DNA from: Paragordius varius
Lineage: Eukaryota > Animalia > Nematomorpha
DNA: 64,000 bases
Reading direction: 5' to 3'
Assembly (NCBI GenBank): GCA_964247055.1
Contig: OZ176050.1
Coordinates: forward strand, 10,230,001 to 10,294,000
The notes below the pieces were generated by a model that saw only the letters and a list, made by a program, of their open reading frames with translations, did not search any database and was not told where the DNA came from. The position numbers and the translations under genes were made by a program. Below are positions 1-12,400 of this stretch, in pieces. The stretch's first letter is position 1. The number at the start of each line of letters is the position of its first letter.

Positions 1-345
1 ATAATTTTCTGTTATATCTACTTATACATTTAACTGTTATTCATTTTTATTTGAATATTCATTTGCTTTTTCGTGATAATTCTTTATTAATCTTACTGTA
101 TACCAAAATGACTAATTGATTCGGCCTCTAATTCTTCTTTAAAACAATGGAAGATTCTTGGATTTGCCGATATATTTGAATCGTAAAAATTGTTCAATTT
201 GATATTTCATGGTTTATTTTCCATGGTTTTTATTCTTATCAAATTTTTATATAATACTGCGGCCAGAACGTTATTTAATTAAGGTTTTTGGGCCTACTCA
301 AGGCTGAGAATTAAATCAACAACAATCTAAAATATTTAAAAGTAC

Positions 346-1090
346 CATCATGTTCACAATATCCAAGCAAATTAACAATGTTTGGATGGTATCCAATTTT
401 TTTCATAATCTCCATTTCGGCAACCATTAGCTCGTATGCTTCTTCAGCGTTTTTGTTTCCTAATCCGATAAAATTATTAAACAATTTTTTGATATAATAA
501 CCAGAAAAAGAATATTTATTTATTCAATGCATTCTTAAAAATGCTACTTGTATTAAAAACAATTTTGGGGGCATGGCTTCATCTTCGACATGTCTACATT
601 ATGTTTTTCATATTCAATAAAACTCATATCAACTTAGAGTTAAGTTTCAAAATTTAAGGTTAAGGATGGTAATATAGACATTTAAAATGTCACTTGGTAT
701 ACGACATAAAATACCTTTTGTGGTCCTCATAGTCTTAATGGCTGCAACTTGCGTTTGACCCGTTTTTTTATCTAAGACAGTGCCCTTCTGTACCTGTCCA
801 AAGTTACCCTTACCTAGAATTTGACTTTCTAAACTCATATGTTCCCATGAAATCCACCATGGATCTTCCGCTAATTTCTCCATAGGTGAGGTGGGTGTAG
901 GCGCTCCTGAACCGCTAACATTTGGAATAGTTATGTTTGTCCCTTTGTATGCTTTACTAGTTAGTAATTTTATCTCTTCTGGTTTCTTAATATCAACCAA
1001 TGATTCTGCATTACCTTTAGTTCTAACGATTTGAATTTCTTGATGCTCCTCTTTTTCTTTTTGTTTTTTTATACATATACAAGTGGCCAT
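346..1090 (-). CDS. Tyrosine kinase, Tie/FGFR/Ret-like, partial (juxtamembrane region plus kinase subdomains I-IV)
   Basis: Exons 1090-715 and 459-346 are joined by a 255-nt phase-1 GT-AG intron. Translation contains LGKGNFGQVQKG, AAIKTM and EMEIMKKIGYHPNIVNLLGYCEHD|G, matching the Tie-type GNFGQV...AAIK..HPNIINLLGACEH pattern and FGFR/Tie exon boundaries. No clean downstream exon was found in the window and the upstream end is unresolved. Confidence 0.75.
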
Positions 1091-2429
1091 AAAAATTATT
1101 ATATTTTAGATCATGATTTGTTTTTAGGTTACATTAATAACAACTCTGCTATGATAGCCTCTTAAAAATAAATTATTTTTTTTGGGCCGTATCAATTTCA
1201 ATACATTAATTTATTAATTGAGTAATATAAAAAATGTATATTTAATACGAAAAAAATTGCACTTCAAATTATAAACAGTATTTTACTCCTTACAAAATAT
1301 TATGATTGCAAATGCAATCAAGTTAACATTACACAATGGTAACTTTATAAAAACGGAGGATTTCCAGTCATCGTATTAAAGAAAGAGTTCCCTAGTTGTA
1401 CCTTATCCATTAAACTATATGTATTTTTGGCAAAAGAAAGATTTCGTAATAAAAGACGAAAATTAAAAATTTAATTTTACTTTGTAAGCATATAAAAGCT
1501 AAATTTTATAATAAATTATAGATATTTACCATTATTTAACAAAGTTTGCAATTTATTTAAATTACAAACTCTCATAAATACGAAAGAATGTGACATTAGA
1601 GGTTGAACATCTTGAGCTTTATCAGAACCCATTTGTACAGATATGTAAAAATTAACGATTGTCAAAAAACAACCAATAATCGATTAAACTTATTGCAAAA
1701 TTATTTTATTTATTATATAATTATACAAAATTTTGTTAAATAGTAACCCTCAAATGTCCCTTTAAATACAGAGGCTTTTATTGTTTTGTAAGATATCTAG
1801 TAAATTACAAATTCCCAAAAATGATTACATTATTTAAAAACCCTATGTTCAAATAATTGTAATAATTAAACTGAAATTTGAAACATAAAATGATATATGG
1901 TCTTATCATTATATTTCCATAAATTATTAAGATATCAAAAACTGGTAACATAGAAAAATTATTTCTTGTACAATCAAATATTTGTTATAGTCCTTGGCGA
2001 TGATCCGGGCAAGGCGCTAGTTTTTTGAGGGGTTTATCCATATTTATGACATAATTTTTATATTTTACAGTCAAAATAGAGATTTAAAATTTCATAATTC
2101 GTTTTTTAACTATCTCAAGCCACAATTTAAATCAGTATTTAATTTCCCTTAATACTGATTTTCAATATTTAAAAATGTATAAATTATGGGTTCGTTTTTT
2201 ATTTTGCTTCCATATATTTCATATCAATTGGATTAACAAGCTTGAAATATTCATGATTAAATATTTGAGGGTTATACCTAACTAGTATAGCTTAAGCCCA
2301 ATAAATATTGGCCAGCTTTGTTTTGAAGCCCCAAAATAAATTTCAAAGTTTCTAGCTAACTACACAAGATTCTGATATGATATCAGGATTATCATGGTTA
2401 TTTTGGTTTTGGTACTCACAAGTGATTTA

Positions 2430-2600
2430 GCACTTGGAAAACACATTTTAGTCCTTCGATTTAAATTGGGGCCTTTGGAGACCCAGACCTGTTTAATATC
2501 AAATACTTATAAAAATTCGGAACAAATTGAAACCATTGCAAGAGTTTGCACCTATATAACTGTGCACCGAAATATAATATAATCATTAAAAAACTTGATA
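2430..2600 (+). mobile_element. Truncated copy of the TTAA-flanked piggyBac-type MITE family (long end)
   Basis: cacttggaaaacacattttagtccttcgatttaaattgggg... aligns by eye to the long end of the copies at 3352 and 45038. Confidence 0.65.
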
Positions 2601-2949
2601 TTATTTTTTAAGTGGAGTGATAAAAAAATTATTTTAACCTTAGGGCACTTTTTCGTGAGACTGATATTACTTAAAATAAATAATTAAAATATATGGTATA
2701 ATTATATGTATATTACTATATTATGTTGAACTTGTAATAATAATATAAAAGTGTTTGAAGGGAGAATATATCATGATCTAAAAACTATAGGTACCAGTTG
2801 AATATTCAAAATTTTTTAATATTTATGATTTTAACATACGTGACTTTGAGTTTTACTTCAATACATATTGTATTGAGTGTTTATTTTTTTGCCTTAATCA
2901 ATAAATTTTCGTTGTAACATTTCAAAATATTTCCCGCATAATTTGAATT

Positions 2950-3097
2950 GGGTGGTATAATGTTACATGCATAAGCAAAAGATTTGACTTAAGTGTTTTT
3001 TATCACCGATCTTCAAGTGCACACTCGCTGGCTTAAGTAAACTTCCTCAACTCGCCACGCTTGACAAGTCAAGTGCGACTTTTTTATCATCCCACCC
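2950..3097. repeat. Possible small TIR element
   Basis: GGGTGG...ATAA at the left end and TTATCATCCCACCC at the right end, both flanked by ATT; GC-richer than its surroundings. Only one copy in the window, so the family is unassigned. Confidence 0.3.
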
Positions 3098-3164
3098 ATT
3101 ATATGGATGAACCTCAAGGTAAAAATTTAGTCAACATGACATGTAAGCATTAGCTTGTTTATAG

Positions 3165-4230
3165 TGACCCCAAACTATTTTAAATTAAAAACTACTCAAA
3201 GAAACGGTTCCAATTTAATTTATGCTTCTATCCTAATAAAAATTATATAAATAAGCTAAAATATTAATTAAGTTTTGAAAAAAAAGTTCTTTATCAAACT
3301 ACTTCGACGTTTATTTTACTAATCTTTTTGCAAAATATCGTGCTTATTTAACACTTGGATACAATCATTTTAGTCCTTCGATTCAAATTGGGGGTAATTG
3401 GATACCCCATGCCTGTTTAAAATTAAATACTTTAAAAAGTATGGAAGGAATCGAAACCATGGCACAATTTTGCACTTATATTACATTAATAAACCGAAAT
3501 ATATAAAAAATTTTATTCAAAAATCTTGATATTACTTATTTTAAGCTAAAACCGAAAGGTAAAAATTTCGTCAACGTGACATGTGTCAGGTTGCATAATT
3601 AAAAAATAAGACAAATAAACCGTTTCTTCTATTTTTATCAATGTTAGATGTAATAAAAATTAGCTTTGATTTTACCCTTAAAATGACGTAGATGTTTTGC
3701 GAAAATATTGTAAAATATAAATGGCGTCGAAGTAGTTTGACATGGAACTTTTTCAAAACAAAATTTTATTTAGATATTTTGGCATATTTATATAATTTTT
3801 ATCAGGATAGAAGCATAAATTTAAATTGCGACCGTTTTAAATAGTTTTAAAAATATTAGTTTAAATTTAGCCTGGGGTATTTAAATACCCCAATTTGAAT
3901 TAAAATGTTAATTCTAATGATAAAATTGAAGCTAAATCTTTTACATCCCATTTAAAATCAATATAAACAGACAAAGTATTTATTTTTCATTATTTTTATA
4001 TTTAGCAAATGCATACAAATCATCTTGACTAAATATTTAGCTTGAGTTTATCTATAAAATAATCATCAAGTATTTTTTAATAAATCAATTATATTTCGCA
4101 TCATATTATATTCGTAAAAATATGCGGTTTGAATTTGTTCTGGTTTTTTAGAAATATTTGATAAACAGGTCTTTCCCCAAAGAGCCCGATTTGAATCGGA
4201 GGACAGAAATGAATGTGTTGTATCCAAGTG
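3165..4230 (-). mobile_element. Older piggyBac-type MITE copy interrupted by a younger copy
   Basis: 3165-3347 and 3912-4230 are colinear with the intact copy at 44459-45038. It ends ...gtgttgtatccaagtg|TTAA (4231-4234); the left terminus is eroded. Confidence 0.7.
3352..3907 (+). mobile_element. piggyBac-type MITE, full length, nested
   Basis: TTAA at 3348-3351 and 3908-3911; CACTT/AAATG termini; subterminal inverted repeat TTCGATTCAAATTGGGG...ATACCCCA at both ends. Confidence 0.85.
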
Positions 4231-4584
4231 TTAATATAAAAATAATGCAATAATAAGACACCTTTTCTTCTTATTTAAATATTCTATGAGGCTTTCTCAA
4301 CATATTTTTTTGATAGCACTACTTACTTTTTTAGGAGTTTGATACTTTCAAAGCCACCATAATTACAAAAAATTCAAATATTATTTTTTATATGAATGTT
4401 AAAAATTGGAAAAGCAATTTCAAAAAACTTAGAAGTATTTGCACAATTTTGATTTTTTGATATAGAGAATCAGCTAGAAAAAGCTTAAAACTACATGAAA
4501 TCATTATATTTAAAATAATATTTTATCAGCTACATTTTGTTATAAATTGTGTAACAATAAACAACATAAACTTAGAATTACTAA

Positions 4585-5163
4585 CACTTTGATTCAAATT
4601 GGGGTATCTAAATACCCCAGACTAAATTTAAATTAAAATTTTTGAAAAACTACTGAAGGAAACGGTACCAATTTAAATTTATGCTTCTATCCTGATAAAT
4701 ATTATATAAATATGCCAAATATCTTGATAAAATTTTGTTTTGAAAAAAAAGTTCCATCTCAAACTACTTCGACGCCATTTTTATTTTACAAAATATTTGC
4801 AAAATATCGTCTTAATTTAATTTTAAGGGTGAAACTAAAGCTGATTTTTATATAAATTACATCTAACATTGATAGAAATAGAAAAAGCGGTTTATTTTGT
4901 ATTATTTTTTAATTTTACAATTTTACACATGTCACGTTGACTAAATTTTTACCTTTCACTTTTAGCTCAAAATAAGTAATATCAAGTTTTTTGAATAAAA
5001 ATTTTTATATATTTCGGTTTATTAATGTTATATAAGTGCAAAATTTTGCCATGGTTTCGATTGCTTCCATACCCTTTAGATTATTTGATTTTAAACAGGC
5101 CTGGGGTATCCAACTACCCCAAATTAAATCGAAGGACTAAAATGAGTGTGTTGTATCGAAGTG
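4585..5163 (-). mobile_element. piggyBac-type MITE, full length
   Basis: CTAA|CACTT...AAGTG|TTAA; reverse complement of the 3352-3907 copy; ends about 210 nt upstream of the ATG at 5373. Confidence 0.85.
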
Positions 5164-5372
5164 TTAACAGATTTACATTTGACCCCTCAAATATTTATTA
5201 AAATAACCAATTTTTTGTGTCAGTGATTATTAATAATTTAGCTAAAATATCAGAAGACATAAGATTTTCCAGCAGTAAATTGTAATTTATAACCATGACA
5301 TGTATTCATTGTGGTAAAATATTTAAGTTTAAAATATACATATGGTTATAAATAAATACTATTATTTTTAAA

Positions 5373-8300
5373 ATGACTTTGGTAATTAACAAATCCCGTT
5401 GTCCTGAATATCATCAATCTTTTGATAATGTTGAGCTTAAAGCAGGCCTCGTTCAAAATTTGAGAAACAAATTTATGGCATTGATTGAGTATGAAAAGAA
5501 TAATAGCCATTTAATTAGAAAATTCAAGAGTTTAGAAGATATAGATCAACCTGATACATCACTTAGACTTAATAATAAAAGTATGGAAAATATATCCGAA
5601 GTCGAACAACCTTCCTCTGTTGAATATTTTGAAAACCGTAACGATTTATATCGGCTTTCTTTGAAAGATTATTCCGAATCTCATTACGATTTTGCTGCAT
5701 TGCAAAAATTATTTGGGGACCCCATTAAATACAACAAAAATTCGATTAAATATAAAGGTACCTCTACAGAAGATCATACTTCTAAAGTACAACAAATGAA
5801 ACAACTTTTTTCAAAAAAGTTTAAATCGAACTCATCGTCAAATATTAGGACAGAAACAATATCGAAGCCTTCACCCATAGTCGCTAAACCTATTTTAACT
5901 AAGAGTTCTGAAATTATCAATAATACCGAAAATGTTCCGCGTAGTGCAATACATCACAAATCATTTTCGCCCACAAAAGCATATAAAAAATCCTCTCATG
6001 GAGTCTACTTTTATTACAATGTGGAAAAAAACGAATCTCAAGATTTAATGGAACCATCCAAAGAATTGCACACTCCAAAACTAGTCTCCTCATCAAAAAA
6101 TATTGAAAAAAATGAAATTGCCAATAATATACTTTCGAATTCATCGAATTTAAGTTCTAAGGACCATAGTAATTTATCAAAAAATTATCCAACTAGCGTA
6201 ACTAATACTTTTACAACTGACTCACAAAATACCATATCAACTGCAAATCAAAGTGGAACAAAATTGAAACAATATCCAGAACAAAAATCGAATACTACAT
6301 CAACCACAGATGGTTACTGGAAAGTTACTCGTGATTTAGTGCATAAAATCCGATTGAAAGGAAAGTCTTTCCGTTTTGAAAATGGAAAACGGTTTGAATT
6401 ACCACCGCCTTTGCCTTCATGTGAATCAATCAATTCTGCGGACATTACACCGCCCAGCCTGGATGTTAAATCAATGATCTCATTTACTGGCATGGAGCCT
6501 TCAAAGACCAATTTTATATGCGCAGACTATGATATGGAACTAGTTCACACGAAGGCTATGCGAAATGGCAAATCGTCTGCTTCGTCTTCTTTGTCAACGT
6601 CTCCTAGTGTTCCAAGTCCCGATATTCCTTTCACTGTTTCCACCAATGCTTGTTCAATAGATGTAACGCAAGTGGCGAAATCGCCTAATTATGGAATGAT
6701 TTTAAACAATAGCAATAAACAAAAACGATTTAAAATAAAAGACTTAGACACCGATGAAATAAATTTATCATCTGAAATCACGCAGGTTACCAATCCAACA
6801 GAAGAGAGTGTAACTTACCAACATACAAATTCACCCAATTCTTATTATCCTAACAAAGTAGATCGCTTGTTTTATTTCAATTTCTCATCTGTTGAAACCA
6901 ACCAAAGCAATTCAAATAACATAAATAATACGACATCTATTATTTCCGATAAACAACCATATAGTTCACCAGGACTCACTACCACTTACGATTTGCAATC
7001 TTCTATCATATCACAAACGCTCACACAAAATGGTAAACTCCAGGATGATAGTGGCATAGAATTTTTGGGAACAAAATTAATACCACCATCTCGTTTAAGT
7101 AATAAAGCGCCTTTACAAACATCACCAACTAAAAATCTGGTCTATTTAGCAGATGTAACCGCTAAAACCATTGATGATTTGATTGAAACAACATCAGCAC
7201 AAATAAATTTTTCATATGAAGGTAAAATATTATTTTTATGGTATAAACAAGTTATTTGGGGCCTATCTATAAATCATTTATGTTTTTGTTCATTCTAATT
7301 ATACATTTTTTATCTATATTTCCCATTTTATAGATAACCAATCACCATACAGCACCTTTAATAACACCAATAAAAATGTGATTATAAGCGAAGATGAACA
7401 ACTTTTCGATGAGAATGATACCACAAACGATGATGATTCGGATGAAGAAGTAAATGCTCTGCCTACACCCTCAAACGAAGAATATGTCCGATTAACTAAT
7501 CTCATAATTGTCCACGGGGCATATGTTAAATTGGCTAAACACAGTTTCCTAAGTCATGAACGCAGGCTTCAAAAATCGGTAAATATTTTCACACATTTTG
7601 GTTTACAGTATCCACTATATATCGTTGGCCAATTAGCAATAAAATCTACAAAATTAATGTTGTAAGATAAGAAAAAACTGTTTAGTTTTTGTTTTTGCTT
7701 CCACGTTTACTGTATTGCCAACAAATGGCCAAAAAGTATGGGAAGTGCCCAACAATAAACATAATGGCAAAGTCAAAGAAATTTTTATTTGTTTAATGTG
7801 TTGGGTTAATACTCATATGTGTACGATTTGTGCTTTTTATTGTAAATTAAGAAAATTAGACACAACGCCAAAAAATCGATATATTGGTTTATATTCCATG
7901 AACTCAACAACACTTTGTCACTGTTGTGTGTACCATTCTGTCTTCTAATGACTATAAGTACTAATATTGATTTGTGGAAAAAATCTTTTAAACCACAAAA
8001 AATATATCCATGGTTAAGCTTAATAACACTAAAATATTGCCAAAATAGAATATAAAGGTAGCACGTAATGAATATTTTTTAAACTTCAAAAAATAGAGCA
8101 CATGTCATATATACATCTTTAATCATATTTTTTTATTTAAGAGTTGTAATATGGCCATCCTATTGTGTTTGACCTAATTTTCAGATGCGTATTTTTTATT
8201 ATTATTTTTTAATGTTTTAGTTACCTTAAAAAATATTGTGACCATATATGTATATTATAAATGTTATGTTTTCCATAATAAAATATGTATTTTGTATTGG

Positions 8301-9408
8301 CAATTGATTAAGTCGTTATATCAATAGTTAACTAAAAGATAAGTAGAATAATGTTGTTGAAATACATTACTGCAATTTCTAGATTGTATCATATTTTCAA
8401 TATTAAAAGTAATTTTTACAATCTAGTGCTGATAAGAATTGTTTTTAAATCATATTTAAATTGACATGAAAGATATATTTATATAATAAACCCATGATCA
8501 CTGTGTATGACCGATTACCTATGCATTCATGATTATGAATGTGATTGATCTCTTATAAAACTAACCAATTACGATTTCAAACTCGTTTCTCACATTATGT
8601 AAAAGAATGGCTTAAATTTATTATCCGTATTTTTACATTACATATGTCATTTAAAATGTTAATTAACATTAGCAATTCAATCGGTTGTCTTGTGGTTTTT
8701 ATTGACTAATTTACATTCATAAAATCGGTTAGTTTTTTTGAACTGGCGAAACCCCTACACATATATAATTTAAAATAAATCAACTAATCGAAGATTATAA
8801 CTTTGTTTAATAATAATAATTAACATTTAAAATATAATTAATTTTATACTGCGCAACTACCTATAGCATACTGGCTGACATAAATAGTAATCCGATAATT
8901 CAAATATTAAGTTAATTATAAATTGAAACAAACGAATCTAGGTATACCTAGATTGTATGTATGTTATTTAGCTGAATATGACGTATAAAATTAGTTGAGT
9001 TTGCAGAATATAACCTATTTTTTAGATAATAATGAAAAAATAGATTATAATATATATAATGAGTCTTTATGTTACATTTTTTTTTATATAATTTTTCATA
9101 CAATGATAAATCATTTTTTCTATATACCTGTATTTGGTCATTTTAAACAATTACTAACTTTTAAATGGTTTTTTTTTGCATTAATGAAATTCTCTGATAA
9201 AGAGCTTTTTTTGCCTAATATATAAAAAATAATTGCGACTTTTCATGATCCAACTAACTTTTTGCCTTTTTTTGCGTTTCATAATATATATATTTGAAAC
9301 AAATATATACATGCCTGTTTATAAATTTTGTTTTTGTGGGAGAGAACAAAGGTGTCTACATCATTATTTAGAAATAAAAAAATAAAATAAAAAATATATA
9401 TAACATTT

Positions 9409-9464
<56 letters not shown>

Positions 9465-12400
9465 GACAATTATATGTTTTCAATAAAATGCGTAATTGCT
9501 GTAAAATTAAACCATAGTATATCATTGTTATTAAATTACTCGAGGTTAATACGACTTCCTCCCCTTAGTATCTTTTATTGGGGATTTAAAAGTTTTTTTG
9601 GAATACATTATAAAAAAATTTCTCAGAATACAGATATGGGAAATTTTTCTTAAAACTACAAGTTATAATAATTTGAAATAAAATTATTTATAAGCCTCTG
9701 TGAAGTAAGAACATTATCTATATTGAAGCTCCATTTTTTGGTTAAATTTAGAAAATTTTTATTGTTAAAGATTTTACGCAAAAAACTTATTGTATTGATT
9801 GCTTATAGATATAATGTTGAATACAAATACGTTGATTAATTTTTTATTTAATTGAACACATAAATGTTTAATAATTTATCGATTAAAATTATATCTATCC
9901 CCATGTACTTTTATTTAACAAAGGTAATTAAATATGTAATGCAATTTTATTTATTAATGTATTTTGCATCAATACTAATATAATAATCTTTGTTAGAATA
10001 TTACAGTCATGTAGACTTTAATGTGTTAAAGATTTACTTTTTTTCGTTAATTGGGTATTAATATTTGGTAAAGAATATAAAAACAAGAGCTATATGGTAT
10101 ACCATATCATATTCTTTAAAAAAGTAAAAGAAGTGTAGGGGAAGGGCGCCGGAAATCTTTGGTAAAAAATGAAAATACACTAACTGCCAACCCTTCACAT
10201 AAAATTATTGTATAAAAGGGTTAGGAAAATCGCAATTATATTTTGTTTTGATATGAAAACGATTTAAAATATGCTATATTAAATAATCATAAAATTAAAT
10301 TCCTTAAAAAATATATCAAAACCATTGTAAAAATTTCCACTTTTATAACATTAATAAACATAAATATATAAAAAATTTATTCAAAAATACTTGATATTAG
10401 TTACTTTAAGCTAACAAATGGTAAAAATTTATTCAACGTGACCTGTGTAATACAAATAAACCGCTTTATCTATTTCTATCAATGTAAGATGTAATTTAAT
10501 AAAAAATTAAATTTAATTTTACCCTTAACACTTAATGAAGACGACATTTTGCAAATATTTTGTAAAATAAAAATGGTCTCAAAGTTGTTTCACATGTAAC
10601 TTTTTTTTCAAAACAAAATTTTATTTGGATATTTTGGCATATTTATATAATTTTTATTAGGAAAGAAGCATAAATTTAAATTGGGACCGTTTCTTACACT
10701 AGTTTATTAAAAATACTAACTCAAATTTTGTCTGGGGTATATTTGGATACCCCATTTTAGGTGTTAAATAAAAATTTTATCAAAAAAATTAATATATAAA
10801 ATTTTGCAAAAAATTAACAAAAATATTACCATTCCCCTTTAAACAATATTAATTTTCTTTCAAAGATTTCTGACGCCATTTCCCCACACTTCTTTTAATT
10901 TTTAAAGAATATGATATGGTATACCATATAGCTCTTGTTTTTATATTCTTTACCAAATATTAATACCCAATTAACGAAAAAAAGTAAATCTTTAACACAA
11001 TAAAGTCTACATGACTGTACATAATTTTATTTTATTCAATTATAAAATATTTAAAGTACATAAGTGATTTCAATCATATATATAATGATTTTCCATGAAT
11101 TATATATATTACGATACAACAACTTTCACTTATTAACATATTTAAGGTTTTTACATATATTTAAGCATTTAAATTTTAATAATAATTAGTTTGAGTACAT
11201 GTTTTTTATATGTTCTTTAAGATTTCCTATTAAAATGCATTGCGTGTTGATCCCTCTATTAAAATTGTATAATAATATATATGCTTATATAGATTAGGAC
11301 ACCATCACACTATTGAAGTGTCTATTAAAAAGTTTTTGAAAATTAAAAAAGTAAATTGCAAAAGGTAAAAAAATATATTTTATTTTTTTCATCAACCACT
11401 TTTGAATGAGGTTTTGCAATAAAATAAATATATATAATTTTTTTAATGTGTGACACAAAATACATAGGCAAACATGTCTTTTTCTCTCTCTCGTTGGCTT
11501 TAGAGAAAGAAAGCTTTTAGCATATACAGTAGCGTGTGGCATAAAATAATAATAGTCCATAAAAGAATAAAAAATGTTTTTTTAAATAAAAAAAAATATT
11601 TATGGATATGTGTGTATACTCTTATATGGACTAATAATGTTTTATGCCATACGCTACTATATATATTTACTTAAACTTATAGCACACATTTCACATTGGA
11701 TATCGAAAATTATGATAATACATTTTGAAATTTATATGTGTGATTTGTGGATTATAGTTTTAATATAATTTTTTGTTTACATAACAATTGGATATTTTTA
11801 TTTTAAGTATATAGCACGTAATGTGGTTTTACATATTGGTATTGAATTCTAATGGCAATTTTACTAAATGATTCATTAACTAGAATGGTTATTTCAAAAT
11901 TGTTTCATACAGGAGCTTTTACACAAGTCTTTGTATATGATTTTATTATAACCGTCTTTTCTTTAAAAAGCATATGCAGTTTTTTCTGGTTGTTCTGTCA
12001 CACTTTTAATAGGTAAAATGATCCAGTTTCTGAATATTGTCGTAATAATTGCTCTTTAATGAAATCTTAATTTAATCTACACTAACTAGATTTCCTAATT
12101 TTTAGACATGGACAATAGCAATATTTCTCATTTACAACAAAAAATACGTTTTAAGAAACAATATTATGGACCTCGATTCATCCTACCCATAGAATCATTA
12201 ACGTAGGCATAGAACATGGTTCTTGTTGATTTCCGATTTAAATTTAACAATTTTTATTATTTTACATTCTATTGATAAATGTATGCATTATATTTTTCCA
12301 AATCTCATAAAAAGTGCTTATTTTCTTATACTTTATCATTTCAATGTTATCATTGTTTGTTTAATATTTTAGATTTCAAACATAAATAAAAAATACAATT

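Noticed and set aside
327-345. 19-nt GT-AG candidate intron after the kinase exon
   Set aside because: Splicing it gives an in-frame TGA three codons later. The other nearby acceptors also hit stops quickly.
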